Source: Paecilomyces variotii
Taxonomy: Eukaryota
Length of the DNA: 64,000 nucleotides
Assembly (NCBI GenBank): GCA_004022145.1
Contig: RCNU01000010.1
Direction: 5' to 3' (one strand)
Every line of letters begins with the position of its first letter. Position 1 is the first letter of the stretch. Of the stretch, positions 1-14,008 are shown one piece after another. The notes beneath the pieces were generated by a model. That model made no database searches and was not told the origin of the DNA. It saw only the letters and a program-made list of their open reading frames with translations. The position numbers and the translations under genes are program-made.

Positions 1-3000
1 ACAGCCAACGTGCTATTATTGTTTTCCCCGCGCTAGACTCTCTCCGGAAGCATCCGACATTTCCCGGGAGCTCCCTTCATTCCCCGGTTCTCCCCGCGCC
101 CAACCCCTTTGGTTAAATTTGGCCAGCTCTCCGCCAGTATACGTGTTCGGCCATTTATGTCTTGCTGTAATAAGAGATACCTGCGATAAGACGTGCTTCC
201 CAGCGGTTATTATTGCTCCCATTGGACCAAGAAAGACCCGGATTGACTTGTCGATCCAACAATATCAACTACTAGTTCTGGTGTCTTAATGGGGCTGCAG
301 AATCAGCTGACGGAACGAGTTTTCATTATGAACTACCTACTTAGTTATCGTGAAGCGGTCCCGTCTCTAACGCATTAATAAGAGGTTCTAGGCCGGACTC
401 CTGAATATAATAATAGTGGACGGGGCACAGCGGAATTACTAAAGTTAGGAGTAGTCTACAGAGTCAAAAAAAATAATAATAATTATCATAATAATAACTA
501 ACTATTGAAGTAAACGCGCTTCCACATCGATAGCGCTGTCCTAATTGCGGGAGGCAAATGGTCTCGTGATGTGATGTGCCTGAGGCGCGTTGTTAGACTC
601 GGATTAGATAAGCACAATATTCGACCATCCCGATTAGGAAGGACTGTTCTAGCCCGATTTGGGTTAGCATCTCGGCAACCACGACGGGCCGTAGCTCGAA
701 AAAAGTTCCTCACTATTTCACGCGCCCTCACCTTCTAATTTTTCTCTTTGCTCGATCATCAGTCAACAGATATGGTGCACTGCACAGATGTCGTGTCAGG
801 CACCAGCCATCTATCTCAAAAGATGGACCGATACAATGATCATCAATCTTGCTTCTGACACTAACAAGCAACTGTTCGCAGCAGCAAGCGAAACTGTAAG
901 TGCTTTCCAGAAATTTTTGTTGAGCCACTCCTTCCGCACCCTGCATCATGATGATTTGTATCACCGCTAAACTAGAGTCTTTGACCCCCAGGGGCATGAA
1001 ACTCAATTTGCACGTCAGGCTGAACCTGCATCCTTGACATGATTTGTGTGATGGATCTAATTGCGTTGCATGATGCTAACTGCGTTGCATTTAGTAGGGC
1101 TTATATCTATTTATCTTCTAGGACCTTGAATCCAAGGTCCCAGTATCATGACAGTATCCGGTACGTTGTCATATTTGCTTTATTTCTCATTTTCCAAATG
1201 GCTTCTGTGATGATTATTCGTTTAATATACGCTGGAAATTACCGACTGAGACCTTCGGGTCGTTGGCGATAACTTTTATGGCACATAACTGAGCAGCCTT
1301 TCGGAAAATTGAGAAATTTGTTTCAATCTCTCTCGGAGACATTGCTAACATTTGTGAAGATATGTAGGCGCTCACTGTAGCAGATCTCTGCTCTGCCCAC
1401 AGATTCCATCATTATTGGTAAGCGCACAGACTCCCACAGAAGTCTTCCGAAAATATCACTTCGAAGATGAAACGGCACTGGGCTCCGACGGCGTCAAAAG
1501 GCGTTCGGTCGTGATGGACATGCCTCTTTGCGACAGGCCTAGAAAACCTCGTCCACTGAGATCTACCATTGATGTTTTTTACATGTCACTCGGATTTCGC
1601 AATAAAATTCTGACTGTGGATCCTATTTAGATCCTAAGCGAAGCTATTCTTTGTGCGCTCTAGTAATTCAAAAGGTAATGAAAATCCTCTTATGCCCCGC
1701 ACAATATGTTTTTATGATGAACACCTAGATGACGAGTCTTATTCGAGTTTTCGATGCAGACAACCTTTTTAATTTTAACCATTCATGCTTTCCTGACAAT
1801 CATTGTTGCCTCTATAATCATGGAATTTTTTCCAGAGCTAGTGCTGACTTCGGATCCATAGGTGGGGCCTCGATTGAATAGTCGACCATGCTGGAACCAA
1901 GACATCAGCCTTGAATCCTCGATGTAGGTTACAGTTACGACATCCTTCCTCTATCGCACCCATGTGATGATTCGACGTTATTTATAAAGACAAGCATATG
2001 TCCAAGCTAGCTTGCTAGCGAAGACGACAACCGTCATGACTGATGCCTTAGCCTATGCCGTCTACATTGAGGACTGTATGTGACTAGGTACTGACGGTTT
2101 GATCTTCAGGACTGCTACCTTTGGGGAACGAACACCGGTTATCTTGACAAAGGGTAAGTCCATAACTGATTTCTTATCCTCTCACCCCATTACATGATGA
2201 TTTACTTTATATTTTATCACGACGGTCAACATAACTTTAACATTGATGACCATTGCCTGTGACAGGGCTATATCTGACACATTTCCCTTCAAAGTGCATT
2301 CTCTGAAGATGTTTTTGGTGCCGTTCAATCTTGCTGACGTTCGGTCTATAGTAGGTATACGAAACCCTTGCCAGCTTGGCTTTATTGCAGTAGGGCCTTT
2401 TTGTCCCTCGTAGGATGCTTTTATACGAAACATGAAGAATAAATAGCCAATCCAAAGATCATTGTCTCCAAAATTCCTTTCATAATTTCTCGCTCCCTAG
2501 CATCGAGTTTAAGTAGCCGCTAGAGATTCTGTTTGTATGGCAGCCTTGGCGCCTTTGAGTTAAGCCCCGCACGTCGGTTGACTCGTAATCTGAATATGGA
2601 AATGGACAACTCATCTGTCTTAAAAGTTGATGGCAAGAAGCGCTTTAGTCGGGAAAGCTGTCTCTTGATTCAAGTTGATTGAGATGTAGCCGATCGATTC
2701 TCCGCAGCAGAATATCCGCTGTGCATACTTGCAGCCGTCAGAGTATTACATTAGGTGGTAGACGTGTTGGTGTTGCCCCACGACGGTTCATATCTCATTA
2801 TCGCCAGATGGCCAGCAGGCGAGCATTCCTTTGATTGGCACCAGCTATCAAGATGGATCGTTTGGCGAGCTCTGAGCTCTCGCGTCAGAACCAGAAACGC
2901 CGCTCGTGCGGAAACGTGATTGACGATCTCGATGATCGATCGGGATCATGTGGACTTGTAACCAACCAGGGAACAAGAATGCCCGCTCTGATATACTCGG

Positions 3001-3234
3001 ATCAGCTCGTCTACCGTGGGCTGCGATCATAAATACCTTTCGAGACAGCGACAGCGGCCCATAGAGCTTGAACTAAAGAGGTGGGGAGTAGATAGAGTAG
3101 GCATCCGTAGAAATAAGTAGCAGATAATAACCGCAGGATCCCTGGGATCGATCTCATCTAATATCTAAACATCAATAAATCATCCTTGCTCGTGGGAGAT
3201 CTCTAGTTTAACTTCCGTGCATCGTCAACCCAGT

Positions 3235-4095
3235 ATGCCGCGTCTCGACGAAAGCACCGACGCCCTCCTGCGCGTCGGTTCAGATGCCCAGAAGCACGTC
3301 CGACGTGTCTGGCACGGATTCTCCGACTTCGTCCTCCGTGACAATGTGTTGGAAGTCTCTATGGGTTTGATGTAAACACCTCTTGCCCCCCTGATACGCA
3401 TAGCCTGCAACTGGAAGCAGCTTTGAGTAACGTTCTCTCCGCCCAATTTTACTAGTATCGCCGGGGCGTTCACCAAAGTAGTCACGTCGTTCATATCCGA
3501 TATAGTGCTCCCGATAATCTCGCTGCTTCCTTTCCTAAGTCGGAATTTGGATGACAAGTTTGCGGTCCTGAAGCCAGGACCGAGCTATGTGAGTGATGGG
3601 TATAATACGCTACAGCAGGCGCGCGATGATGGTGCCTTGGTTATGGCTTATGGGTATGTGAATAATATCGAAACTATACACTCTCGCTCCCCAATCCTTA
3701 AAAAAAGATACACACTGCACATACTCCAACTTCCATGAGACGGCATATAGAACGAACGATAATATACTTACTAATTCCCCTTTTCTGATTACCAGTGCAT
3801 TCCTAAACCAAATTGGCGGCCTCTTCGGTATCTGTCTCGCCTTATACGGCGTCGCGAAACTTCTGATGTCTCTCAGTCATGATGGACTTATCAAGAGTCT
3901 GGTTCCATGCAGATATTGCGGGAAGAAGATCCACGAAGCGGTAAGTTAAAGACCCTAAAAAAAACGATTGTGTTCCCTATATGTAGGGTCATGTATCAAT
4001 GATGTATGGTGTTGATAAAACGCATATAGGCCAAGCGGTGTATTTTCTGCTCTAGTTGGCAGGATGGAAGAGAAGATCTTCCACCTTCTCAATGA
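3235..4095 (+). CDS. Fungal MscL-like (large-conductance mechanosensitive channel family) protein, 4 exons
   Basis: The spliced model (introns ~3372-3455, ~3654-3795, ~3941-4029) reads MPRLDESTDALL...GFSDFVLRDNVLEVSMGLIIAGAFTKVVTSFISDIVLPIISLL...VMAYGAFLNQIGGLFGICLALY...CRYCGKKIHEAAKRCIFCSSW. This matches the MscL N-terminal F..F..R.NV motif, the TM1 and YGxFL TM2 pattern, and a C-terminal CxxC...CxxC. Confidence 0.85.
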
Positions 4096-5942
4096 GCGAG
4101 TCGGTGATGATTGCGGGTGCTTTAGAGAGAGATCATGGTTTTGCCAATAAAGCCAATGGCTGGCTATCGTCGAATTCGAGAACCACGGAAAAGTGAGTTC
4201 CCATTAAGTATTGGGAGGATCCTGAGATCGAACGGCAGTCCTTCAAATTTCGATATATCTCACAGATGCAGGGAAGATGGAATTGTACGAAACCTATACG
4301 GATACTGGAAGAGCACGCACGATTCTCTCTATCCTGTGGCATTTTCTGATTATTGTTGATGTCATCTTCTATGTTCCTGCTTGGTTTGCTAGGACTTGGT
4401 TTCTCTTTTTCCATTACGGTTGTTTTTGTCTTGTTTTCTGATGAGTCTTTGATTTTAGATCATGATGGCTGGGGTGATGTTGTATCTAGGGAGTAATGGA
4501 GTTAGTTCTTTTTGATTATTTATTTATTTATTTTGCAAAGTTGACTTTCCAGCTAATTATAGGCAATCTTCATGGTTCCTGTCAGAAATCCAGGCAGACC
4601 AACAAGGAGTTCTCCTTTTTGGTCGACTGGCAGAAAGCCATCAGTTTCTAAATGTCCTCAATGTTTAAGGTCATAGTCCAGTATCCATTCTATTGGGGCC
4701 GCTGTCGAACATTTACTGGAGTATCTGAAATGGTCAGACTGAGAGATGTCTATATTGATTTCTAGCTGTTTTAATTCAAAGGACTATGCAAGACCAACAT
4801 GGCATTTTTTCTTTTCCACTCTTTTCTAAAAGCCTCGTCTCGAAAAAAACGGCTTGAGCCCTATCTCTGACTTCAAACTGATCCTCCGACACAATGCTGG
4901 TGATGTTATCAGGGACCCGTTCTGTACGCTTCCTTAGACGACTTCATGCGCTCTTCACTACTGTCGAACGCTAGCTGCATCTTTAGCCTTTCGAGTTGTC
5001 CTTGCTGCGACCTTTTCTGGTAGAATTTACTCTCTGTGTTGCTAAGAATAACCATCGTGAGGGGTTGCGATCGTCCGAGGTTTGACTGGTTCCTAGCCCC
5101 AACTAAGTATGCAACAACTTCGCGGGGATCCGAGCCAAATGTCCGGGTTGTTACAGGCGGGCTCCTGTTGGACCAGGCCTTTGCCCACACCGATGGCTAT
5201 CACTGCTGGGGAACGACCTGTCAGAAGGAGGAGATGGACAGCTGTAAGCGCCGATGGTTTGTGACGGACGGCACGACTTGCAGCGGCGGCACAGGGGCTG
5301 GAGGTCGCTTCACGTTGGGCCGTCGACTTCGCCATCCTCATTTGTTCTCTCGCGACTTGATGATCGGACTCGACCAGCCAGTCCTGGACCAAGTCCCGGC
5401 AGATGCTCGACTCCAGGGCCCCGATGTCTACTCAGAAACACGCGCTTGTTGACTCCTGCGCACCATGGACCTATCTTGTGCCCTGTCCGCCAGAGGCTCC
5501 GTCGTCGCGCCTTGGCGATGATTGTTGCAAAGCATACAAGTCCACATCTTCTTTCAACGCGCGATGGCTTTTGACTTGTTTCTATCTGGAAGCCAATGAT
5601 ACCTTCGTATATTGCTTTTGCTTGATGAAATACGCCCGCATGTTACCCTGATTCGTATCCTGTTGCTGCTTCAAGCGCATGTACTGGGCTATGGCTTGAC
5701 AGCCTGCCCTCGTCCTGATATCGCGCCAATATGAATAGGTTCGCCAGTCCTTTTCTCCTGAGAGTTTTTAAATCCAATCTTTGTCTTCTCGAGATCCTTT
5801 AGGATACTGACAGGTCATTTCATGCTGAAGCCGGTATACTGCGAGTAATGCAGGTGCAGAGCCGCCGCAGAGTCCTTATCCTGTTGGCCTCTCACCAGCA
5901 TCTGCCGGCGCCTGGAATCAGCCGTCTCGACGACGCCGTGAT

Positions 5943-8900
5943 GTGGTACAGCCGCCTGCACTGACGACATCATTCAATGGTCCTCTGAATCCAGGGCTGG
6001 GTGTTGCGCTGAATGTTGGTTACACGCCGACGCCGCTGTCGACCACTTCCCTCTCCAGTCCGTTCTCTCAAAGCCAGTCCACGTACCTGCCTTCACCTGG
6101 AGGGGCCACACGAGGGTCTTCACCGATGGCCCCGAGGAATCTGTCCTCCTACACGGCGCCCTATAATCCTCGCGAATGGGGACCGGTAGGCAGTGCATTA
6201 TCCAATGCAGGGTCAGCTGCATACTCTCCAGACAATGGGAACCGAGCGCCGCAGCCTCCGCCGCAGCAGTCGGCCTCAGGTCTGTTGTGAATACTTTTTC
6301 TACGTACCATATAGACATGCGCCCGCCATGAGTACTTGTACACAACCCAGGATCAACTATCTGACTTGTGGTCATAGATGCCCTGCCATCCCCTCCTCCG
6401 CCATACTCACCTCCTGCCCAACGTCAACCATCTAGGGACTTGGTCAATCAAACTATCTCACCGGCGGATTCAACGTCCTCTGGAGCAGGGACGTCCCAGT
6501 ATTATACGCCAACAAGCGCTACAACTGCTGTGTCCGCAGAGACACTTTCGGAACCGCGACGACCAGGGTCTCGTTCTCGCCCGCTTTCTATGGTCCAAGC
6601 GAACAATGCGAGTAGTAGCATGCAGATGTCGTTTCCCCCTCCTCCGCCAGGTACGCCGGGTCCCGGGCCGTCCTCACGACCTGGCTCCGATAGGCAGCGC
6701 AAGGGGTTCAATTTTCCGTCTTTTGGACTGAGATCGAAATTATCATCTGGGCCAGCAAGGGCAGATGTGTCTCAGTCGCCGTCACCAGGTCCTAGCTACT
6801 CGACAACTGGAGCTCCGTACGCTGATAGCTCGTTGCGCCCGCCATCTGCCAAAAGAGCTGCCTCCACTGGAGCTATAAACAGCACTCCAAGTTCGTCAAG
6901 AGCGACAAGTGCGTCACGCAGCGGATCACCTCCTGGGCGGGGCTGGGAACCTGGCATGCCTCTGCCCCCGCCTCCTCCAGGACCACCACCAGGGAGAAGG
7001 TCACATAGTACGGGTAGGACTTTGAATTCGCAATCAAAGCTTCCTGCCCACGGTTCGCCGAGTAATTGGCAATCGCCGGTGATGGGTACTCGTCTAGGTA
7101 CTGTCCCTCCCACGCCAGCAGACTGGGTAGACGAGGACTCCGCACAGAACCACATTGCTGGAAATGGCGGACTATCTCATATTGACGTGGAAACTGATTC
7201 TCGAGAGCTAAATGAGCCAAGTGGTGACGGTATCGGTGAGCCCCAGGATAGCATTACTCGCCCTCGTCGATCTTCAAATGGAGGTCTGTTCCGAACGCCA
7301 GCCGTTAGGGACATGAGTGCAAGAGGTATTAGAGAGAGGCGCCTCGAGAGTTGGCATAAACGTCAACAAGCCTCCGAGCCCTCAGGTGCTGTGTCTAGCA
7401 ACGGTAATCCGTGGGCTGACGCCATGCCCCAGGTTAGACCATCGAACCTTGTGCTCTCAGGGGCAGAGAGCCGTGAGATACATATGGAATCACAACAGTC
7501 TATTAAGTCTGCTCCTCTCAGCTCCACATATAGCACAGGCTCGGAGGGCGCAGGAGATAGCAGCCGGACCAGAATGTCTTCTGGCCTCTTTTCTAGCCGG
7601 TCTTCTTTCTCAACTCCTAGGCAAGAGCAGAGCTCTGCAGTTTCCCATCAGGACAGATTTGCTCATACGCCACCGTTCTCACCACACGGAGATCTTCATT
7701 CATCGATGCATCCAAAGGGCACTGGACAGGCTGTGCCTCCTAAAGCTCTTCCAACACCACCGCCGCAGTCAGCTCATGATACGTCCGCGACGGGGTTAGA
7801 GATAAGAGCCGAGCAGCGGCCTGTATCTCATATCCTCCATCTGCCCAATGAACCACCTATGATACCTCAACCCTTGAGTCCTCGGCGAGCCTCTGCCGAA
7901 CAGCCGCCATCTATGGATCCCATTCTCAGGAGAGATGACCAATTCATGCGTGGGGCCGTGCAAAGACACCAGAGCTTCATAGAAAAGGAAGCAGTAGCTT
8001 CGAGCGAGTCTGAAGCTTTGCGGCTTTTCACTGATTATATCGTCTCTGAGTCTATCATTAGGAGTGAGCGATACTCTACTGCTTGGGAATCGGCTAACCT
8101 GGATATTCAACGCGTACGGGAGACCCTCTTTCAACCTCCGGCGGAGTCAGCTACTGGCCAAGAAAGTAGCACCGCTAGACTACTATCTACCGGGAATCGA
8201 CCTTTGAGAGGAGAAACACGAGAAATGCGTATCGATACTCCACAATCTCGTCCTGAGTCTGCATGGTGGGCTAACTACCAGCCCTGTCTCTCACCTATTG
8301 CGAGTCTCAGCATGAGCAATGATGAGATGAGCTCGAGGGGTCGTGCACCAAGCCGCTGGTGGGAATCAAAAACAGGTTCTAGTAGCGAAGGAGGCGAACG
8401 CAAAGTGCAACGATCGAAGCGAGAGTCGAAATATATGGGTTTACAGCGGGAGCTGCGTGAGGCTATGCAATGGAGCAATGGACAGTCAGTTGCTGAGGTT
8501 CAGGAGGAGATTGGCACTATCAAGTCGAGTTCGCAGCCCGTCGTCTATGGGCCTGATGAGTACCCTCCCGAGAAGGTGGGTTGGCACGAGCAGCCACCGC
8601 AGTCCCGTCCTGACCACTCTTTTGGTGATCCAAGCGAGGAAGACCGGAAAATGGATATCTCAAGGCTCATTACACTGCCGCCCCCTTACCCACGTCATTA
8701 CCCAGCTGTCAACAACAGTCATCCGGACATGGTGACTTATCGAACCACGGTCAGATCTATCACAGACCTCTCTGAGATCAGGACGACCAGAGAGCGGCAC
8801 AAGGCCCAGATGGAAAAGACTCGGGCAGACCACCAGGATAAGATACAGCAGAACCGTCTCCAGTTCAGATCAAACGTCCAAAATGAGATCCAGCGAGGCA

Positions 8901-9934
8901 ACATTACATTCGCGGAGGCCGCCCAAGCTGAAGCTACTCTAGCCGACGAAGAGAAGCTGTTAGAAAAGGAGATGATCAAAAATGATTTTGTTTCTTTCCA
9001 GGAATCTGTTCTCCGGCCCATGCATACCATTCTCACCGAACGCATCAACAGGGCTACTGCTGGTATTGAGGAGCTGAGGGCTAAGTTGTCCGACGCTGCG
9101 CAGTATGGGACACCGGATCAAGCGCAAGAAGAAGGCGACGGGAAGCCAGAATTGCTTGAGATGCTCACACAGTTGAAGTGGCTGTTTGAGGCCCGCGAGC
9201 AACTACACCGGGAAGTCTACGATCTCCTCTGTGACCGAAACGAGAAGTATCGAGATGTGGTATCGTTGCAATACAGACAGAGCAATAACGAAGAAAAAAT
9301 TCGTGAAACCGATTCCTTCTTCATCCAAGATGCGATGGATCGCCGCGTGCAGTATGAAACTGATACCCTCTCTCGTCTGGAGTCCTTTATGGATATTATC
9401 GAAGAGAATGTGGCGCGAGGAGTGGAGATCCAGCTCTCAGCATTTTGGGATATCGCTCCTTCGTTACTTGAACTGCTGCAGAAGTTCCCCGACGATCTGA
9501 AACGCTTGGAAATCCAGATACCAGCCAGTGAATACGAGGAGAGCCCTAGCTACCATGAGCACCCGCTGCAGTATCTCTACTCGCTGCTTACTCATGCGGA
9601 AAAATCCACATATCAGTATATAGAGTCGCAGACGAACCTTCTTTGTCTCTTACATGAAGTCAAGTCTGGTGTCATGGGCGCCAACTGCAAATTAATGGAA
9701 GCCCAACGTATCCGGCATGGCGAGGCGGAGGATGTGGTCCGGCACGAAATGCGTGAATCCCGCGCTCAAGAAGAGCGAGTTTTGATCACGGATCTGAAAG
9801 ATAAGGTCTCCACAGTAGAAGGGCAGTGGACTGAGGCATTGGGTAGTCAGATCCAAGAATTACGAGAGCGTGTGAGAGACTTGCTCATCGCTGAAGGTGG
9901 TTGGGAAGAGGTAGAGCAGTTGGACGGGGTCTGA
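5943..9934 (+). CDS. Large hypothetical protein with a Pro/Ser-rich N-terminus and a helical/coiled-coil C-terminal domain; true start is probably upstream (~5731-5850)
   Basis: The 1188-codon ORF 6368-9934 joins ORF 5943-6290 through intron ~6281-6378 (GT...CATAG). It has a PPPPY motif and an ordered C-terminal half. The 5' exon is not resolved. Confidence 0.8.
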
Positions 9935-10230
9935 GGACTGCTGGTGTTCGATTTTGTTCTTTTTTATGCAAGATGATTTGCGATATTTACTAGATACCCC
10001 ACATTCGTTTGTTATGCTGAATCTACCATAGATATACGATTATTATTGTTTTCTTATTCGCGACAAGCAATCAGACGATACATACTACACGCTGGAGGGC
10101 GCAATATATGCTGTACCAGTATATGTTTCTTATGAAGCTCTCTTGATTCGCCTCAGTAGTTAGCTCTAAAGAGCCATGTCCATAAGTAGCCTCAGTCGCT
10201 TTACCATAGTTCAATGCAATGAAGTGACAG

Positions 10231-10315
10231 TTCTAGAATCAGAGCTTCATTGCTCCATCAGGGCCGCTGGGGCAACGGTCACGTGACGCAAGCGCGGAGT
10301 CCTTCTAGAGCTTTC
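10231..10315. promoter_or_regulatory. Candidate heat-shock elements and a CACGTG palindrome upstream of AHA1
   Basis: TTCtaGAA at 10231-10238, GTCACGTGAC at 10278-10287 and TTCtaGAGctTTC at 10303-10315 (one mismatch from a three-unit HSE) lie upstream of an Hsp90 co-chaperone gene. Confidence 0.5.
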
Positions 10316-10957
10316 CTTCGGCTCTCGCAACAATCTCTCTCCTCTCCAATATTAATCGATAACTCCCCGCCGTCGCAACGGTAACTCCCTCTCTTGCTCA
10401 CCCCTCCTGACTGGCATCGTTGATATACTCTCAGCAGAACCTCTTCTGTGGACAATCTATTTTGCGTGAACTGTAAGTGTTGTGTGATTTTTTTTTTCTG
10501 CCTTTGCCTTTTCACCCAACCCCAAGCTTGAATTTTCGCGACCTGTCATCGTGAACACGAGTGTACATGGTCTGCATTTTATGATGAGAACTACAGCTGG
10601 CACCAGTCCTAGAAAGACTTGTACTCTTTTTGCTGCGGATTAGCTTTGCAAAGGGCCTCGAGCCCGAAATCTGACTTTGTGTGCGATTTTTCAATTGAAA
10701 AAACTCTGCGCTTTGGCTTTTTGAAAGTTCTTCGATGAGGATTCATTGCTAACATGATCTCTCTCTGCGCAGAACATAGCTTTCGGAGAGGATCTCTCCT
10801 ATATCGAATCAATCGTTCAGTGTTGACAGCATCGTTGCTACCGTCACTGTCGCCGTAGACCAGAAAAGCTCTTCATACAGCTTACTACACAAGACAAGGC
10901 TCCCGAGTGCAGGATAATTTTTTTTTCTTTGCTCTTTAAGATCTTTTCTACTACAAA

Positions 10958-12232
10958 ATGGTTCTTCACAACCCCAATAACTGGCACTGGGTGAACAAGG
11001 ATGCCTCCGCCTGGGCCAAGGACTACCTGCAGGAGAATCTCTCTACCATCTCCGCTGAGGAGGATGGCGTGACTGCCAAGGTTGAGAAGGTCCTTAGCAT
11101 GGATGGAGATGTAGATGTGAGCCAGCGGAAGGGAAAGGTTATCACGTTATTCGATGTTAAGCTACAATTGGAGTACGAAGGTACGTCCTTGTATATCATG
11201 TTATCCAGCATAGATTATTGTAATCCCTAGCACGATTCCTCGGAATTGTACTGATCGTATGCTGCAGGTAAGACGAAAGAAGGCGAGGCCGTCAGTGGCA
11301 CCATCAACATTCCCGAGGTCGCTCACGACACCGAGGAGAATGAGTACGTCGTATGTTCCCTTTTGACCCCGTTCCTCCCGCCTTCCTAGGCCGAGAGCAT
11401 GTAGCTTATGTCGCGTTGTTAAATAGTTCGACATCGACATCTATTCCGAGTCTTCTTCCAAGCAGCCTGTGAAGGATCTCGTTCGTGCGAAGATTGTCCC
11501 CCAGCTGCGAACGGCGCTTGCCAAGCTTGGGCCTGCTCTGATCACTGAGCATGGCAAGGACCTTCAGCATGCGCCCGGCTCCAACCCATCCAGCGGATTC
11601 GCGACTCCTACCTACATCCCTCAGACGAAGAAGGCTGCTACTCCTGAGCCTCCCAAGACTACCACCACCAGTACTGGTAAGGTGTCGGTAAACACGACAA
11701 CTCTGAACACTTCGGACGAGTTCCGCACCACTGCAGAGGAGCTGTACACCACGTTCACAGACCCGCAGCGTATTGCTGCGTTCACCCGTGGCCCTCCCCG
11801 TCAGTTTGAGGGCGCGCATGTTGGAGGCAAGTTCTCTATCTTCGACGGCAACGTCAGCGGCGAGTACGTGAAGCTGGAGAAGCCGACGTTGATCGTGCAG
11901 AAGTGGCGTCTGGCTCAGTGGCCTGAAGGTCACTACAGCACTCTGGAGATCAAGTTCGACCAGAACGATGTTGATCGGGTCACCAACATGCGGGTCTCTT
12001 GGACTGGTGTCCCCATCGGCCAGGAGGAGGTCACCAAGCACAACTGGGATGGCTACTATGTGCGCAGCATCAAGCAGACCTTCGGGTACGTTACTCCTTT
12101 CTCTTGCACGCTCTCTCCATCACTCACACTGGCTTTCCCGCGAAGCTCTCCCAGATCACCATTTTCGTGGACGCGCTGGCTAATATGTATCCTTGTTCTC
12201 TTGCTCGCTATAGGTTTGGCACGATTCTCTGA
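10958..12232 (+). CDS. AHA1: Activator of Hsp90 ATPase (Aha1), 4 exons
   Basis: It has the N-terminal NPNNWHWVNKD motif, RKGKVITLFD and a C-terminal START-like AHSA1 domain (IVQKWRLAQWPEGHYS; NWDGYYVRSIKQTFGFGTIL*). Introns lie at ~11181-11267, ~11351-11426 and 12086-12213. Confidence 0.96.
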
Positions 12233-12942
12233 GCGACTTCATCTGCATGGATATAAATCTCCCCAAAGGCTTCAGTAGACTTTGGCTGTTCTCCTTCACG
12301 ATACGAAGCTTGTACCAAATAGCCATCCAAGCAGTGACGGGCGTTGGTTGGGGATGTTCGTTCTTGCTTCCTTTTTCCTTTCCTTGGGGATCCGATTCGG
12401 TTGGGGCTTGATTGCTTATTACATCTGTATCCCTGATCCTTACACAACCATATTACAGCATGGCCTTGCATCAGTGTGTACTTCCTGATTGCTTGTGTCC
12501 TTTTCTACGATGAATGATAGACAAAAGATAAGAAAATATAATGAAAGACATTAAGATCTGATACACTTTTCGAATTCAAACTGCATGTTCCTTTTTCCTG
12601 TAGAGTCGACCCGCCAAATGAGCGCTTGCTTTTATAGAAACGTTTGCAACTTCCCGCTCTAACATGAGTACTCCATATGAAATGGTGTGTTGAGCATATT
12701 GAAGTATTCAGCAAGCGTCGACCATGAGTCTTTGGTGCTGGATGTACTTAGTGCTGGGGGAATGTTCGAGAAGTAAATATCAATTAGAGAAGGATAAAAT
12801 TGCTAAACTACTAAGTTATCTGCTGCAGTACTAATATATGTGCCCCCCCCCTTTCGACAAGGGAAAACAGCGTCCGCGCTGTTATGCTGTCTAAATACAA
12901 AATAATTGTTGAACTTTTCGCTGAGCTCCCGGTCTGATAGGA

Positions 12943-13890
12943 TCAAGTGAGAGAAAAAGGACAGATTCCAGCAGAGATAGCAAGGTCAAATCCGTAAGCT
13001 CGTTCGAAGACGAAGTTTAGAGATATTCGGTAGTCTCCTGCAATCCACAGTAAGTATAGGGGCAGATGGTCTTTGGAGCCTTGGGAAAAGTTGCAAGAGA
13101 CAGAGACGTGGCTATCCTCGACGGATGATGGAGGTTCACAAAGGATGAAGGAGGAAAAAATAAGAAGGGGAAATAACAAATAGGCAGCAACAAAGAACCT
13201 GGCAGACATTTCGAGGAAAACCCATCGTTTCCCAGAATATAGGGCGTTTCCTTGTCGGTCCCGGAAGGGAGTTTCGATTTTTCGACTTGGTCCCGTTAGG
13301 GCTAATTCCCATGTGAATCGTTGTATTTGTCAGATTGTAGATTGGACTCGGTCCTACCATTGCTGCTCCATCTCTAGGAATTTGAATCTGGTTGACATCT
13401 TGAAGAATTGAAGAGTAGATATCCGGTTGTGTACGGCTTCAGAAATCTAGCAGAAGTTCCAGAAGAGGTGCAAATAGGTACTCTGAAATTCTTGTGGTAT
13501 TAGACAGAAGATACACAAGGGGATCTAGCCAGATACACAAGCTTCAGTCTAAACAGAGAAAGGCAGCGAAGATTACTTAGAGCTTCAGCAAGGCTAATTC
13601 CCAAGCTTGAGTAGGTGGAGCAGTCATGGCTGTCTTGGCTTTCCCTGACCCAGGACAAAGGGGACTGATCAGCCACCTGCGACTGATAGAGAGAAAAACT
13701 GAAGATATTTATACACTTCCGAGGTGTAGGTATATCTTTCAAGCTCGTAGCAATAATTGGGGAAACTAGCCATCGTAAGGCCCATAGCATCTAGATACTC
13801 GACGGGTGGTCGTTGACGTTGAATAGTATTGGGCAGTTCGGCATGCTCTGGAGCCTTGCGCTTTGGCCGATTGGAACTTCGCGGTGGCAT
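12943..13890 (-). pseudogene. Fragmented hypothetical gene relic
   Basis: Consecutive minus-strand ORF fragments start MPPRSSNRPKRKAPEH... and are broken by stops and frame changes. No family is recognised. Confidence 0.35.
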
Positions 13891-14008
13891 TATAATTTCG
13901 ATATATATGGTTGCTTGAGAAGTTATCGGTAAGATATGACTGAGAAGAATGCGGAGGTAAGAGATAAGGAATAAATGGGAAGATTCAGAAAGAAGTCCTA
14001 TCACACAT

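Noticed and set aside
728-2455. Short ORFs and possible exon fragments at the window start
   Set aside because: No coherent spliced model or recognisable motif could be built.
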